The notes: generated by a model from the letters alone, not told the origin. 64,000 nt of DNA from an uncultured cyanobacterium (GCA_963718615.1 OY970368.1:3264001-3328000), one strand, 5' to 3'; counted from the stretch's first letter, positions 49,159 to 60,222 are shown. Numbers and translations: made by a program.

Positions 49159-49488
49159 AGGGGTCACCGCTAGAGTGTCAAAAACGCATCTATTAATCTT
49201 TTCTACCGGCAAGATCACGGATCCGCCTTAAATCGTATCTCGCTATCCAAACTCGATCTCTACTACATCTCTCTACGGAAATTTCAGGAGAAATTAACAA
49301 GATGAATGGGTGTAAAGGATTTCCTGGTTTATCCCGATTCGGCCCGGAAAAAGTTGAAGTTTACTCAAACAAAGGGCTAGTGCTTCACACAAGCTTTTTG
49401 TAGAAGAGCCTTTTATGGCAACGCTTGCCTGTGGCCATAGGTCGGTCGAGTCGAATCTTATGCGCTCGTTTGGGGGGAGGAAAAGGGT

Positions 49489-50397
49489 ATGCTGCATCAG
49501 CCTTTAATCAATTTGGATCGGCATCGGGAAAACCTGAATCGCGTCTTGGCTTTACCGTGGGTCCAGGGCTCCGTGAAGCAGTGGCAACAGTTGAAACAAG
49601 AGGTGGAGGCGCAAATTGGCCCCCTGCCGTCTCCGGAAGACTGGGCTCGATTGAAGCTGAGTCTCTTACTGTTAGCGCTTCCTTGGAGCGGGGGAGCGTT
49701 AGCCTATCAATGGCTGACAGCGGTTCCTAATGTGCCTAATTGTCATGTTCCACAGTGGTCCCAGGCCGATCTCGATCGCCTAGACTGCATTCAACAAAAA
49801 ATGAAGTCCGGTCAGTCCCGCCAGGTCTTGGCTGGAATTCGTCAGTTAAAAGCTTGGCCGGAAGATAGCCCGATGTACGGGGTTTCTCAGCGGTTGCTAG
49901 AGGATTGGAGTTTGGTGGCCTGGAGTCAGGCCCAGCTTGAGTTTGAGTCGGGTGAATGGGAGACATCAGCGCAACTGGTGGCGGAAATTCCTGCGCAGTT
50001 ACCCCTGTGGACCCAGGTACAAGACCGTTTGGGATTGTGGCGTGAGATTCGGACCCAGGGCGAAAACCTTTACGACCTTGCCCAATCCGCCATTCGGGCA
50101 CAAGACTGGACCCAGGCACTGGACCATGCCAAGGCTCTAGCAAAGCTGGATAATGATTACTGGAAACGGCAGGGTTTGCATGAGTTGCCGCTGCTGATTG
50201 AAGAACGTCAGGCCGCAGTGGGGGATTCAACGAGGCAGCCCTTAGCCCAGTTTTTTTCTGACCCTCGCTCTGGGGCAGATTCCCGCTCCCATCCGGAGAT
50301 TCCTCGATCCCGTTTACCCATGCCGATGATGATTGGCTTAGAACGACCGGCGATCGCCAAACCCCATCTGGCCCAACCCGAATTCTCTACGGTCTGA
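49489..50397 (+). CDS. Hypothetical membrane-anchored helical protein
   Basis: One TM helix, PNC...DC pair, TPR-like helices. Confidence 0.7.
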   Translation: MLHQPLINLDRHRENLNRVLALPWVQGSVKQWQQLKQEVEAQIGPLPSPEDWARLKLSLLLLALPWSGGALAYQWLTAVPNVPNCHVPQWSQADLDRLDCIQQKMKSGQSRQVLAGIRQLKAWPEDSPMYGVSQRLLEDWSLVAWSQAQLEFESGEWETSAQLVAEIPAQLPLWTQVQDRLGLWREIRTQGENLYDLAQSAIRAQDWTQALDHAKALAKLDNDYWKRQGLHELPLLIEERQAAVGDSTRQPLAQFFSDPRSGADSRSHPEIPRSRLPMPMMIGLERPAIAKPHLAQPEFSTV

Positions 50398-50485
50398 ATT
50401 TTCTTGGGTTTAGGGATCCGAGGCTAAACTCTGGTGATAAGGTGTGGGGAGAAAATTTCCCCTGCCGCGCCTCTCTGCTGGGACT

Positions 50486-52411
50486 ATGGCCGATCGCCCC
50501 CTCAAACTTCTCCTGATTGATAGCGATGCAATTGTGCGACTGGGGCTCCAAACCGCCTTACAGAGCCATACTGCCATTGGGGCGATCGCGGTTCAGTCTG
50601 CTCTCAATCTGGATCGTCTGGGTGCGCTGGGCCGTCTGGACACACCTCAGGCGGTTGCCGATGAAACGCCCATTGAACAACCGGATATTGAACGACCGGA
50701 TGTAGTCCTGCTCAATCTCCTCAGTCTGTCCCAGGATGAAGGCTTAGAGCGGCTGGAGCGGGCAGTGTTTGAGTTGCGCCAGCGGCTCCCTGGGGTTCCG
50801 CTGCTAGGCTTGGAATACAGCCGACCACCTGCCCTGGCCCGGTGGGCCGAGCGGATTGCCTTGGAAGGATATTGGACCCGCAGTCGCTCTGTGGATGAGC
50901 TAGTTGAGGCGATACAGCAGCTTCAGCGGGGGCAACGGGTTTGGACCTTGTCTACGGTTTCCCAGTCTACGGTTTCCCAGCCTACGGTTTCCCGAGGATC
51001 GCCTCAGGAAGGGGAAGCGCGGGGAGCAGCCACTGTTCAGTATCAGAGGCGATCGCTCAATCCCTGGAGCCGCACCCTAGCGTCAGGCATGGCCCAAATT
51101 GAGACCAACATCCAAGCCTTGGAGCAGCAACGGCAAGATCCCCAGACCTTTGTGTTGGATCAGCTTTGGTTGGCGGGCTGGCAGCGAGAGCTTCGCGCCA
51201 GCCGGTGGCTATTGCAACGACTGGGGGGCCAACCGCTTGGAGGAAAGACTGAACCTCAGGGTTGGGAATTGGAAAATGGCTCATCGGTACCGCTCAGACT
51301 TCAAAAGGATCGCCAGGACCTGAAGACTCCAGAACGGGTTCACCCAGGGACAAGGACTCCAGGGTCTGTCACCCCAGGCTCAGGGATGTCCCAGTTCCCT
51401 CGCGAAAACCTCTCCCCCCGCCTGAATCCCGGAGGCCGAGAGCTACAAACCCTGCTGTTCGATCAAATCAGTTTGCGCATGCCGCCAGGGCTGGTGAACT
51501 ACACCGAAGAGCCCCAAGAAATCGACATTCTCAACGCCTCCCGCCGTCAGGAACTGCTGAGCACGGTGTTGCGGTGTTGGGGAGAGCTCCTGGTAGACGT
51601 CCGACTGTCCAATTTACCCCCGGAAGGCTTTGGCCGTTTTATGGGTGAGAAGCGATCGGAACTGCTTTTAGACCTCTGGCAAGCATCCCTCAGCGACTTT
51701 TTGGGCCGCTATTCGACGCTGACGCTGGAAGGAAATATGGTGGAACTGTTGCCGGTACTCCTCCAGGAACAGGTGGCCGTAGAACGTTCAATTTTGCGAC
51801 CGATTCCAGGGGTTGAGATGCTCGTGGGGGCATTGCTCTTTAGCCAGCCCGTGACAATCGATGGCACGCCCTACCGACCGACCTCGCCGGAAGCCCTAGA
51901 GCGTTTGGGATTGCTGATGGAAAATTTATTAATTACAGTGGCCAATGCCGTTGTCCAGCCGCTGCTCAATCATTTTGCCGAAGTAGATGCGATTCGCGAA
52001 GGATTTTACGATCGCCGCCTCCTCTCCACCCGAGAAATTGAAAAGTTTCGCAATAATCTTTCTTGGAAATATCGCGTGGCCCATCTCTTTCGGGAAGCCC
52101 AGGATATTTATGAAAGTCGGTATGGACTGCTGGGGTTTAGCGATCGCGGCATCGAAAAATGCACCATCTACGCCCCCCGACGCCAAGACCTCACTACCCT
52201 GACCCCCTTGCAGCAATCCGTCACGCTCATGCTCGAAGTCCGGGACGCGGTCGCCCCGCAACTTAAGTTTTTGGCCGGGTGGGTTGGCAGCGGCATGGTC
52301 TATGTCTTGACGCAAATTGTGGGTCGCGGCATTGGTCTGATTGGCCGAGGCATTATTCAAGGCGTGGGCAGTTCGATCCAGGATGTGCGCACCATGGGCA
52401 AAAATCGCTAG
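50486..52411 (+). CDS. ycf55: Ycf55-like protein: receiver-like domain + DUF3685
   Basis: LKLLLIDSDAIVRLGL receiver-like start; STREIEKFRNNLSW, IYESRY, LEVRDAVAPQL, VGRGIGLIGRGIIQG. Confidence 0.82.
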   Translation: MADRPLKLLLIDSDAIVRLGLQTALQSHTAIGAIAVQSALNLDRLGALGRLDTPQAVADETPIEQPDIERPDVVLLNLLSLSQDEGLERLERAVFELRQRLPGVPLLGLEYSRPPALARWAERIALEGYWTRSRSVDELVEAIQQLQRGQRVWTLSTVSQSTVSQPTVSRGSPQEGEARGAATVQYQRRSLNPWSRTLASGMAQIETNIQALEQQRQDPQTFVLDQLWLAGWQRELRASRWLLQRLGGQPLGGKTEPQGWELENGSSVPLRLQKDRQDLKTPERVHPGTRTPGSVTPGSGMSQFPRENLSPRLNPGGRELQTLLFDQISLRMPPGLVNYTEEPQEIDILNASRRQELLSTVLRCWGELLVDVRLSNLPPEGFGRFMGEKRSELLLDLWQASLSDFLGRYSTLTLEGNMVELLPVLLQEQVAVERSILRPIPGVEMLVGALLFSQPVTIDGTPYRPTSPEALERLGLLMENLLITVANAVVQPLLNHFAEVDAIREGFYDRRLLSTREIEKFRNNLSWKYRVAHLFREAQDIYESRYGLLGFSDRGIEKCTIYAPRRQDLTTLTPLQQSVTLMLEVRDAVAPQLKFLAGWVGSGMVYVLTQIVGRGIGLIGRGIIQGVGSSIQDVRTMGKNR

Positions 52412-54108
52412 GGCTGAGGGCTCTGACGGGGCGGTGCCCACCAGGCTAGACCATAGGATTGGGTCGGTTGATGACGTTGCTGCTGATATTGAACGCGCAG
52501 CTTGTACCGACCCGTGACGGGAATAGGATGAAAAATATGCTCCACGCTGTCGACGCTGCTGCGGGATGACCAAATGCTGCGAGAACTATCGGTATCTTCG
52601 GCACGCATGAGGTATAAATCAAGATTATTGAGACCGCGATCGCGAAATTTCTCCCCTAGGTCATAGGCGTCATTGCTGTTTTCGTCGATCAGCTCCACTC
52701 GCCGATCCCAGACCAGCGTTGCAGCCATATAGTCTCCCGCCCGCAACGGTTTTTCTAGGACATAATCCGCATAGGTCACCGGAGGTTGGCGTCCTAGCGT
52801 AGGATCCTGAGAAGCAATCCCCACTTGGCCATAGTCCCACCCCCGAACTGCCACGGTAGTTTGGGGCGTAAACCGACCGGCACTAAACTGCTGATAGGCC
52901 CGCAGGGCATTGAGCTGGCCTGCTCCCATGAGTGGATCTAGGGGCAATGTCTGGGACCGGAATGCAGGTGAGCGGCTCCAATCATGGTTATCTTGGGCCT
53001 GTATCGTTTTCGCCATGCCCAAGAGCCTGCCATTGCCGCCATCCTGAAGCTTGTCCGCAGCATTGAGCAAAACCGCTTTCATCACCTCATGGCGACGCCC
53101 CGCTGGCCCAAACTTGGCGCTATCGCCATATTCCTGCAACAGCGCCACCGTTGCCGTGACATGGGGAGCTGCAAAACTCGTGCCACTCATGGTCGAAAGC
53201 TTGCCATCGGGATTGAGGACCTGGACCTTGTTGCCGGGGGCGACGAGACTGACGGAGTTGCGATCGCCCACATTCCGCTCCCGCCCCGCAAATCGATAGG
53301 CCACGCCCACCAGTTCATCGCCTAAATTGGCAAAGTCCACTTTGCTAAAAATGCCTTTGCTTTTTCTTGTGTAGGCAACTGTCAGACCATTGTATTGGTC
53401 CGTCGGAATCGGAATTCCCCCATCCCCCTGGTTTCCCGCTACGGTATAAAGCGTATCGTGGACGCGGGCAGACCAATCAACGCATTGGGTCAGCAGCGCA
53501 TTGCCATCCAGCAAAGGATTGAGACGCCCATCCTGGCGCAGCGATTCACCAAAGCTGAGATTGATGGCTCGCACATCAGTGCCATTTTGCAACGCCACAT
53601 GATTGAGCGTTAGACATTGTTCCGGTTGACCACTACCCGTGCGCCGAGAGCCCAAGGCCGCAGAATAGAGCCGCGCCTCCGGGGCGATGCCCAAACGGGC
53701 TTTAGCATTGCCAACCATGAGCGATGCGACGTTGTGGGCATGGACATCGACATTATTATTTTCTAGGGCCGCTTTATTTTGGTAAAACAATCCGGCCAAC
53801 GGCAGCCCCAATTCCCCCGGCGCAACTTTTTTGTCAAAACCAAATAGGGCCGGACGACCCGGCTCCACTTGACCAATGGCAATCTTACGGCCCGAAAGCC
53901 GGTAGGGAGCCTTTTGCAAGGCTAGGGCATCGATGCCCTCTGGCCCAATCGAATCTTCGAAGGAGCTTTCGACAGCCTCATCCAACGGAAAAGCCTGTGC
54001 CGGCGCGACCTGAGGACCCAGCAAGCCAGGTAATGCCAAGACCGATGCAGCCCCAAGCCGAATTGTCAGGATAAAGAAACCATCAACCCGGTAAAGATAC
54101 CTACACAT
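52408..54108 (-). CDS. S8 (subtilisin-like) serine peptidase
   Basis: IGQVEPG, HAHNVAS, INLSFG, AGN, GTSFAAPHV, NNLDLYL...VEHIF; start uncertain. Confidence 0.88.
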   Translation of the reverse strand: MCRYLYRVDGFFILTIRLGAASVLALPGLLGPQVAPAQAFPLDEAVESSFEDSIGPEGIDALALQKAPYRLSGRKIAIGQVEPGRPALFGFDKKVAPGELGLPLAGLFYQNKAALENNNVDVHAHNVASLMVGNAKARLGIAPEARLYSAALGSRRTGSGQPEQCLTLNHVALQNGTDVRAINLSFGESLRQDGRLNPLLDGNALLTQCVDWSARVHDTLYTVAGNQGDGGIPIPTDQYNGLTVAYTRKSKGIFSKVDFANLGDELVGVAYRFAGRERNVGDRNSVSLVAPGNKVQVLNPDGKLSTMSGTSFAAPHVTATVALLQEYGDSAKFGPAGRRHEVMKAVLLNAADKLQDGGNGRLLGMAKTIQAQDNHDWSRSPAFRSQTLPLDPLMGAGQLNALRAYQQFSAGRFTPQTTVAVRGWDYGQVGIASQDPTLGRQPPVTYADYVLEKPLRAGDYMAATLVWDRRVELIDENSNDAYDLGEKFRDRGLNNLDLYLMRAEDTDSSRSIWSSRSSVDSVEHIFHPIPVTGRYKLRVQYQQQRHQPTQSYGLAWWAPPRQSPQP

Positions 54109-54161
54109 TTTGTTAGACTGATTTGTATTGCAGGATGCAGGCAATAAGAGGAACACCCGCC

Positions 54162-54866
54162 ATGACCCAATCGAAAAAGTCCACTGTTATCTCCCCTTCG
54201 ATTCTATCGGCTGATTTTAGTCGTTTAGGCGAGGAAATTCGCGCGGTGGATCAAGCCGGGGCGGATTGGATCCACGTTGATGTAATGGATGGCCGTTTCG
54301 TTCCGAATATCACGATTGGTCCCCTGATCGTCGATGCGATTCGTCCCTATACCCAAAAGCCGCTAGATGTTCATTTGATGATCGTCGAGCCGGAAAAATA
54401 TGTGGCAGATTTTGCGAAGGCGGGTGCAGATATTATTTCGGTTCATGCTGAGCATAATGCTTCTCCTCATTTGCACCGCACCCTGGGGCAAATTAAAGAG
54501 TTGGGTAAGCAAGCAGGGGTGGTGCTCAATCCTGGCACGCCGCTTGCTCTGATTGAAAATGTCTTGGATCTTTGCGATCTGATTTTGATCATGAGTGTGA
54601 ACCCTGGCTTTGGCGGCCAAAGCTTTATCCCGACCATGGTGACGAAGATTGCGCAACTGCGTCAGATGTGTGATGAGCGCGGTTTGGATCCTTGGATTGA
54701 AGTGGACGGGGGCCTGAAGGTCAATAACACTTGGCAGGTGCTTGAAGTGGGTGCTAATGCGATCGTGGCGGGTTCGGCGGTGTTTAATGCGCCGGATTAT
54801 GCAGAGGCGATCGAGGGCATCCGCAATAGCAAGCGTCCGGTAGAGCGGGAGCTGGCTGCGGTTTAG
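54162..54866 (+). CDS. rpe: Ribulose-phosphate 3-epimerase
   Basis: [46 protein letters not shown]. Confidence 0.97.
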   Translation: MTQSKKSTVISPSILSADFSRLGEEIRAVDQAGADWIHVDVMDGRFVPNITIGPLIVDAIRPYTQKPLDVHLMIVEPEKYVADFAKAGADIISVHAEHNASPHLHRTLGQIKELGKQAGVVLNPGTPLALIENVLDLCDLILIMSVNPGFGGQSFIPTMVTKIAQLRQMCDERGLDPWIEVDGGLKVNNTWQVLEVGANAIVAGSAVFNAPDYAEAIEGIRNSKRPVERELAAV

Positions 54867-54920
54867 GACGCTGCGCAATGGGCTTTCAAGGTCCAACAAA
54901 CAGCAAAGATAAAGCTTAAG

Positions 54921-54949
54921 AAAAGCGAGGACATCAGTTCTCGCTTTTT
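54921..54949 (+). terminator. Intrinsic terminator after rpe
   Basis: AAAAGCGAG-N10-CTCGCTTTTT. Confidence 0.6.
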
Positions 54950-55042
54950 CTGTGGAGCGAGAAGGGCACGAGGCGCTATTCGACGAAGGGGTGATGACGG
55001 GGGGTTGACTATCGTAGGATGAAGGCAGTGCTCTGAAACTCT

Positions 55043-55924
55043 ATGCTGCTTCCCCTCGCCTCTCAATTTACCTCCCCTGGTCCCGTCATCTTTGACCTGG
55101 GACCCTTCTCGGTACGTTGGTATGGTCTCCTGATTGCGTCTGCGGTCATTTTAGGACTGTCGGTTTCCCGTGGTTTGGCGAAACGACGCGGGGTTGACCC
55201 TGACCTGATGACCGATTTGGCCCTCTGGATGGTGATTGCAGCAATTCCGGCGGCCCGACTCTATTACGTCCTATTCGAGTGGAGGCAGTATGCCGATGAA
55301 CCCCTGCGGGCCTTTGCCATTTGGCAGGGGGGGATTGCGATCCATGGTGCGATCCTGGGGGGGACTCTGGCGGGGCTGATTTTTGCCAAGCTCAACAAAA
55401 TTGCCTTTTGGCAGCTTTGGGATCTGGTGGCTCCGGCCTTAATTTTGGGGCAGGCGATCGGGCGTTGGGGAAATTTTTTCAATTCCGAGGCCTTTGGCGC
55501 TCCGACGAATTTGCCTTGGAAGCTTTATATCCCTCAGGAAGTCGTGGTCCATGGCCAAACCTTTTTTCCGCGACCGGTCCAGTTTGCCAATGTGGACTAT
55601 TTCCACCCCACGTTTCTCTATGAATCGCTTTGGAATCTGGGCGTTTTTGGGATACTGCTGTTTTTATTTTTTCAGGGACTTAAGCACCGTCCCCCCCTCA
55701 AGCTAGGAACCATCGCCCTAACCTATTTCATCGGCTATGGTTTGGGTCGACTCTGGATCGAAGGCTTGCGGATGGACAGTTTGATGCTAGGACCGTTGCG
55801 CATTGCCCAAGTGGTGAGCTTGGTTGCCATGGCGATCGGCGGTTTGGGTCTCTTCTGGCTCTATGGCCTCAAGCGCGAATTACCCGACGTAGTCCCTCAC
55901 GCCATCGAAGAATCGTCAACCTAG
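55043..55924 (+). CDS. lgt: Prolipoprotein diacylglyceryl transferase
   Basis: [37 protein letters not shown]. Confidence 0.96.
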   Translation: MLLPLASQFTSPGPVIFDLGPFSVRWYGLLIASAVILGLSVSRGLAKRRGVDPDLMTDLALWMVIAAIPAARLYYVLFEWRQYADEPLRAFAIWQGGIAIHGAILGGTLAGLIFAKLNKIAFWQLWDLVAPALILGQAIGRWGNFFNSEAFGAPTNLPWKLYIPQEVVVHGQTFFPRPVQFANVDYFHPTFLYESLWNLGVFGILLFLFFQGLKHRPPLKLGTIALTYFIGYGLGRLWIEGLRMDSLMLGPLRIAQVVSLVAMAIGGLGLFWLYGLKRELPDVVPHAIEESST

Positions 55925-56077
55925 GGCTCGGCAGACAAACCTGGCGAATAAAAAAATTACCAACAAAAAACCCGCTGCCAACGAGTGGCGCGGGTATTGA
56001 GTCAGGGTGCATCTACCAATTAAGTCTTCTCCGCAGCCCGTTCTCTTCCGGAACTTTTTCAAAATCTCTTTTGAGCC

Positions 56078-56962
56078 ATGTCCCTTTCTTCTGTTCAGCC
56101 TCAGTCTATTGAGCAGTCCATGAACCAGTCCATGGATGCGATCGCGCCCCAACCCACCCACCGCACGGCCCCGGCTGTCTATATTGTCGGAGCAGGTCCT
56201 GGCGATCCCGAACTGCTGACGGTGAAGGCTGCTCGCCTGCTAGCAGAGGCAGATTTGATTGTCTACGCAGACTCTTTGGTACCGCGCCAAATGCTTCAGG
56301 GCTGTCGTACCGATGTGGAAACCATCCGAACAGCCAACAAAACCCTAGAAGAGATTTTGCCGCCCATGATAGCAGCGGTGCAGGCGGGCAAAGTGGTTGT
56401 GCGGCTCCACGATGGCGACCCGAGCCTATATGGCGCGATTCATGAGCAAATTCAGGCCCTGGCTCAGGCAGAAATTCCCTTTGAAATCATTCCGGGGATT
56501 AGTGCTTACCAGGCGGCGGCGGCCAAACTGGGCCTAGAACTGACGGTGCCGGGATTGGTGCAGACAATCATTCTGACCCGAATGAGCGGGCGGACCCAGG
56601 TGCCGGACGCGGAGGAACTCTCAAGTTTGGCGGCCCACCGGGCGAGTCTGTGCCTCTACCTGAGCGCTCGCCATGTGGACCAGGCCCAGGAAAAACTGCT
56701 GGCCCATTACGATCCAGAAACCCCGGTAGCAGTTTGTTTTCGCATTGGCTGGCCCGATGAACGGATTTGGCAGGTGCCGCTGCGGGAAATGGCGGCGCTG
56801 ACCCAGCGAGAGCATCTGATTCGCACGACGATGTATGTAATTAGTCCAGCCTTGGCTGCCCAGCAGAGCGGGAATGGGGGCGACGGGGAAGTGCGATCGC
56901 GTCTCTACAACCCCGACCATCACCATCTGTTCCGAAGTGGAGCAGAGGCGAGTTCTGTCTAG
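56078..56962 (+). CDS. cobM: Precorrin-4 C11-methyltransferase
   Basis: VGAGPGDPELLT, YADSLV, RLHDGDPSLYGA, ELTVPGLVQTIILTR. Confidence 0.93.
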   Translation: MSLSSVQPQSIEQSMNQSMDAIAPQPTHRTAPAVYIVGAGPGDPELLTVKAARLLAEADLIVYADSLVPRQMLQGCRTDVETIRTANKTLEEILPPMIAAVQAGKVVVRLHDGDPSLYGAIHEQIQALAQAEIPFEIIPGISAYQAAAAKLGLELTVPGLVQTIILTRMSGRTQVPDAEELSSLAAHRASLCLYLSARHVDQAQEKLLAHYDPETPVAVCFRIGWPDERIWQVPLREMAALTQREHLIRTTMYVISPALAAQQSGNGGDGEVRSRLYNPDHHHLFRSGAEASSV

Positions 56963-57102
56963 ATGTCTCTCTTTTGAGTGCAACGCGAACTCTGACCAGA
57001 ACGTAAACCTTGACGACCACACAGCTTTAACATTCCGTTCTAAGAATCGACCAGCAGGTTAAGATAAGTTTATAGATCTTAGTCTTTTCTTAACCTGACG
57101 CG

Positions 57103-57837
57103 ATGGGGCTTCTGCTACTAGGACTGGTTAGCTTTGTTTCCTGGTTTATGAGTTTGTTGGCAGGGGCGGGCAGTCCGCTGGTGCTGATTCCCTTGGTAAA
57201 TGTATTATGTGGCGCAGGGGCGGTGGCTCCGGTGATTACCCTGGGGATGCTGCTAGGAAACGGGCAGCGATCGCTCATGCTCTGGCGGCAGATCAACTGG
57301 ACGATGACGGGCTGGTATCTTCCAGGCATGGCCTGTGGGGCGGTGCTAGGAGCCTATGGTTTTAGCCGAATTCAGTGGGACTGGCTCCAGTGGATTTTGG
57401 CGTTGGGGCTGATTGCCATGGCGTTGAATCAATGGCTGGGGAAGGGAGAGATTCAGGTTAAGATTCGGGCTTGGTATTTTTTGCCCTTGGGTTTTTTGAA
57501 TGCGATCGCCTCGGCCTTTATTGGCAGCACTGGCCCCATTTTGAACCCGCTCTATCTGAACTATGGTCTGGTTAAGGAAGATCTGATCGCGACCAAGGCG
57601 TTCCACAACATGGTCCTGCATCTGATTAAGCTCGTGGCCTATGTTTATTTTGGAATTCTCCAACCCGAACATTGGGGCTATGGTTTGGTGATTGGGGCCG
57701 CAGCCTTACCGGGAAATTGGCTAGGCCAGCGGGTTTTGAGCCGGATGAATCCGGTCCAGTTTAAGCAGGCCGTTGTGGCATTTGTGGCCTTTAGCGGCGT
57801 GGTGATGCTTTGGCAGCAGGCGGTGTTGGTGTTTTGA
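57103..57837 (+). CDS. TauE/SafE family sulfite exporter
   Basis: AGAGSPLVLIP, GSTGP, IATKA; about 8 TM helices. Confidence 0.85.
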   Translation: MGLLLLGLVSFVSWFMSLLAGAGSPLVLIPLVNVLCGAGAVAPVITLGMLLGNGQRSLMLWRQINWTMTGWYLPGMACGAVLGAYGFSRIQWDWLQWILALGLIAMALNQWLGKGEIQVKIRAWYFLPLGFLNAIASAFIGSTGPILNPLYLNYGLVKEDLIATKAFHNMVLHLIKLVAYVYFGILQPEHWGYGLVIGAAALPGNWLGQRVLSRMNPVQFKQAVVAFVAFSGVVMLWQQAVLVF

Positions 57838-57858
57838 GAAAGAAGCTGTACTCCTCTC

Positions 57859-59523
57859 CTACTTAGACTCTGGAGAATTGCAGCGTTGCTGGGCCTGTCG
57901 TCGGAAAGCTTTTGCGGTCCCCTGGACGTTGACCAATTGCCACCCCTCTGTTGCAGCGATCGCCTTCACCGTTACCCCCGGCCAAGCCTCTCCCCGGTCT
58001 AACCGCCGCAAGACATAGGTGTCCGGCAAAAAGGGATGGGTGGCTAACTGGAGTGAGCAGAGGGGGATGACCGGGCGATCGCCATAAAAATTGACCGAAG
58101 GTCGATCAATCCGATCCGTCGTGTAAACTACAGCCCCTGCTGGAACTTGCTGCACCATCTCGCCCATGGGCTTTGCCCCAGGCCAACCATTGAGTTCAAG
58201 CACCCAGTGGGGCGAGGCCATGAGCAGGGCAATGCCGATCAGCCAGCTCCAGGCCAGCACCGGAATAAACTGAGGATCCTGTCGCCCTAGCAATCCTAGG
58301 GCCATGGCTGTGCCAATCCCGACAGCGGCGAGGGGCCAGTTGTAGGCGGGGGTTGGGTTTGCGTCCCAGAAATTGAGGTAGAGCAGGCCGCTGAGGGCGG
58401 CGATCGCCATCACCCCCAACCCCCAACCCCAACCTCGCGGATAACGCCCCGGCGTATAGGGTTTGATGCTAAAGCCACCACCGCGATGCCAAGCGTCTGC
58501 TAGAACGGGTCCGATCGCCAAGGCCATCGCCGGATAGAGGGGCATGATGTACCAGGGCAATTTAGTTTGCATCAGCGTGATTGCACCCAAATAGCCTACG
58601 GTCCAGACCAAAACCAGTTTGCTCCAGCTTTGCCAGCGCTCCTGCCAAGCCTGCCGCAGTCCCCAGGGCCAAAACAATAGCCAGGGCCAAGCCCATTCCA
58701 GCAATTCCAACAGGTAGTAATAGGGCGGCTGACGATGGTCTTCGACGGGGCTCCAAACCCGCTTGAGCGACTGGTCGATTAGACTGGCCTGAAAAAACCC
58801 TTCGGCTTGGTTCAAAATCTGGTTAACATACCAGGCTTCCGCCGGAGCCAACCCCAGGAGAATGCCCCCCCAGAGATAGGGCGATCGCCCCAACCTCGGC
58901 GTGTCCCACAGCAAAAACACCAGCAACAATCCCCCCAGGAGCAATCCCAAAATCCCCTTGGTCAGGCACATCAGCCCCATCCCCAGGCCAATGCCCAAGG
59001 CCCAGCGGGTGTCTCGACGCGATCGCACCGCTGCCCAAGCCGTCCCCAGAAAAAAGCACAAAATCGCCCCATCCAGCATCGCCATCCGGCCATGGCGAAC
59101 CACGGGGAGGAGCGTCAAATACACCGTCGTGCTAAAAATTGCGGGCAGCCGCGTCGGCCAGAGCTGACGCCCAATCCCATAGAGGATCGGTACAGATACA
59201 GCCGTGAGTAGGGCTCCAGGAAGTCTTGCGGTCCATTCATTCACCCCGCCAAAATGGTAGGCCAAGGCAATGAGACCGTGAAGCAGGGGAGGTTTGTTGG
59301 CGTAGGGGGTGCCAAAGACCGTGGGGTGGAGCCAGCCGGAGAGACCGGGCGATCGCCAAATCTCCCGCGCCACCTGGGCCACAGTCCCCTCATCCCAATC
59401 CCGCAGGATCGGTCCCCCCAAATTCACCGTAAACAAAATCAGGGCTAGCCCGGTAAAGGCCAGGATCCAGGCCCAATCGAGCAAAACATCCTGCTGTCGC
59501 CAACGGCGGAACGGAGAAGGCAT
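57859..59523 (-). CDS. ArnT/GT39 family membrane glycosyltransferase
   Basis: DWDEG, KPPL, EWTARLP, GRMAMLD, LTKG, TKLPWYIMP. Confidence 0.9.
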   Translation of the reverse strand: MPSPFRRWRQQDVLLDWAWILAFTGLALILFTVNLGGPILRDWDEGTVAQVAREIWRSPGLSGWLHPTVFGTPYANKPPLLHGLIALAYHFGGVNEWTARLPGALLTAVSVPILYGIGRQLWPTRLPAIFSTTVYLTLLPVVRHGRMAMLDGAILCFFLGTAWAAVRSRRDTRWALGIGLGMGLMCLTKGILGLLLGGLLLVFLLWDTPRLGRSPYLWGGILLGLAPAEAWYVNQILNQAEGFFQASLIDQSLKRVWSPVEDHRQPPYYYLLELLEWAWPWLLFWPWGLRQAWQERWQSWSKLVLVWTVGYLGAITLMQTKLPWYIMPLYPAMALAIGPVLADAWHRGGGFSIKPYTPGRYPRGWGWGLGVMAIAALSGLLYLNFWDANPTPAYNWPLAAVGIGTAMALGLLGRQDPQFIPVLAWSWLIGIALLMASPHWVLELNGWPGAKPMGEMVQQVPAGAVVYTTDRIDRPSVNFYGDRPVIPLCSLQLATHPFLPDTYVLRRLDRGEAWPGVTVKAIAATEGWQLVNVQGTAKAFRRQAQQRCNSPESK

Positions 59524-59690
59524 AGAGAGGTGGGGTGAAACGGACACAGTCCAGCACTGCCAAATCCCCACTTTACCGGTTTCCTTTTCTTTTGGCCTGA
59601 CGCCCTAGAGAATGGGAAAGGTCAAAAATCAAACCGATAACCAAACGACCGTAAAAACGACCGTAGCAACGACAGTAGGAGACAACAGTA

Positions 59691-60140
59691 GTGGAACGCA
59701 CGTTTATTGCCATTAAGCCCGATGGTGTCCAACGCAATCTCGTGGGCGAAATTGTGGGCCGGTTTGAAGCCAAGGGCTTTACCCTGGCCGGTTTGAAGCT
59801 GATCAAACCCAGCGTTGAATTAGCGGAACAGCACTATGCCGTTCACAAGGAGCGTCCTTTTTTTAAGGGCCTGGTTGAATTTATTACTTCCGGTCCGCTG
59901 GTGGCGATGGTCTGGGAAGGCGACGGGGTGGTGGCTGCTGCTCGTCTGATGATTGGTGCAACGAATCCTTTGACGGCTGACCCCGGTACGATTCGTGGAG
60001 ATTTTGGCGTCAGCATTGGCCGCAATATTATTCATGGCTCGGACGCGATCGAAACCGCCAATCACGAAATTGGTCTGTGGTTCTCCGATAGCGAATTGGT
60101 GAGCTGGACGCCGGTTGCGACGCCTTGGTTGTACGAATAG
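59691..60140 (+). CDS. ndk: Nucleoside diphosphate kinase
   Basis: [29 protein letters not shown]; GTG start with GGAG upstream. Confidence 0.97.
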   Translation: MERTFIAIKPDGVQRNLVGEIVGRFEAKGFTLAGLKLIKPSVELAEQHYAVHKERPFFKGLVEFITSGPLVAMVWEGDGVVAAARLMIGATNPLTADPGTIRGDFGVSIGRNIIHGSDAIETANHEIGLWFSDSELVSWTPVATPWLYE

Positions 60141-60198
60141 GCTACGCTGGGTTTACCCACTATCGGCTAAGAAAGAATCGGTTGAGTCCCTAGGCCAT

Positions 60199-60222
60199 GG
60201 GGCGTGGAATTCGCGCCCCTAC
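60199..60222 (-). repeat. Dispersed copy of the RAYT-flanking REP
   Basis: Minus strand GTAGGGGCGCGAATTCCACGCCCC versus GTAGGGGCGCGAATCCCGCGCCC at 13716-13738. Confidence 0.8.

Noticed and set aside
55925-56077. Cobalamin riboswitch before cobM
   Set aside because: The region is short and shows no B12-box pattern, only a weak hairpin.
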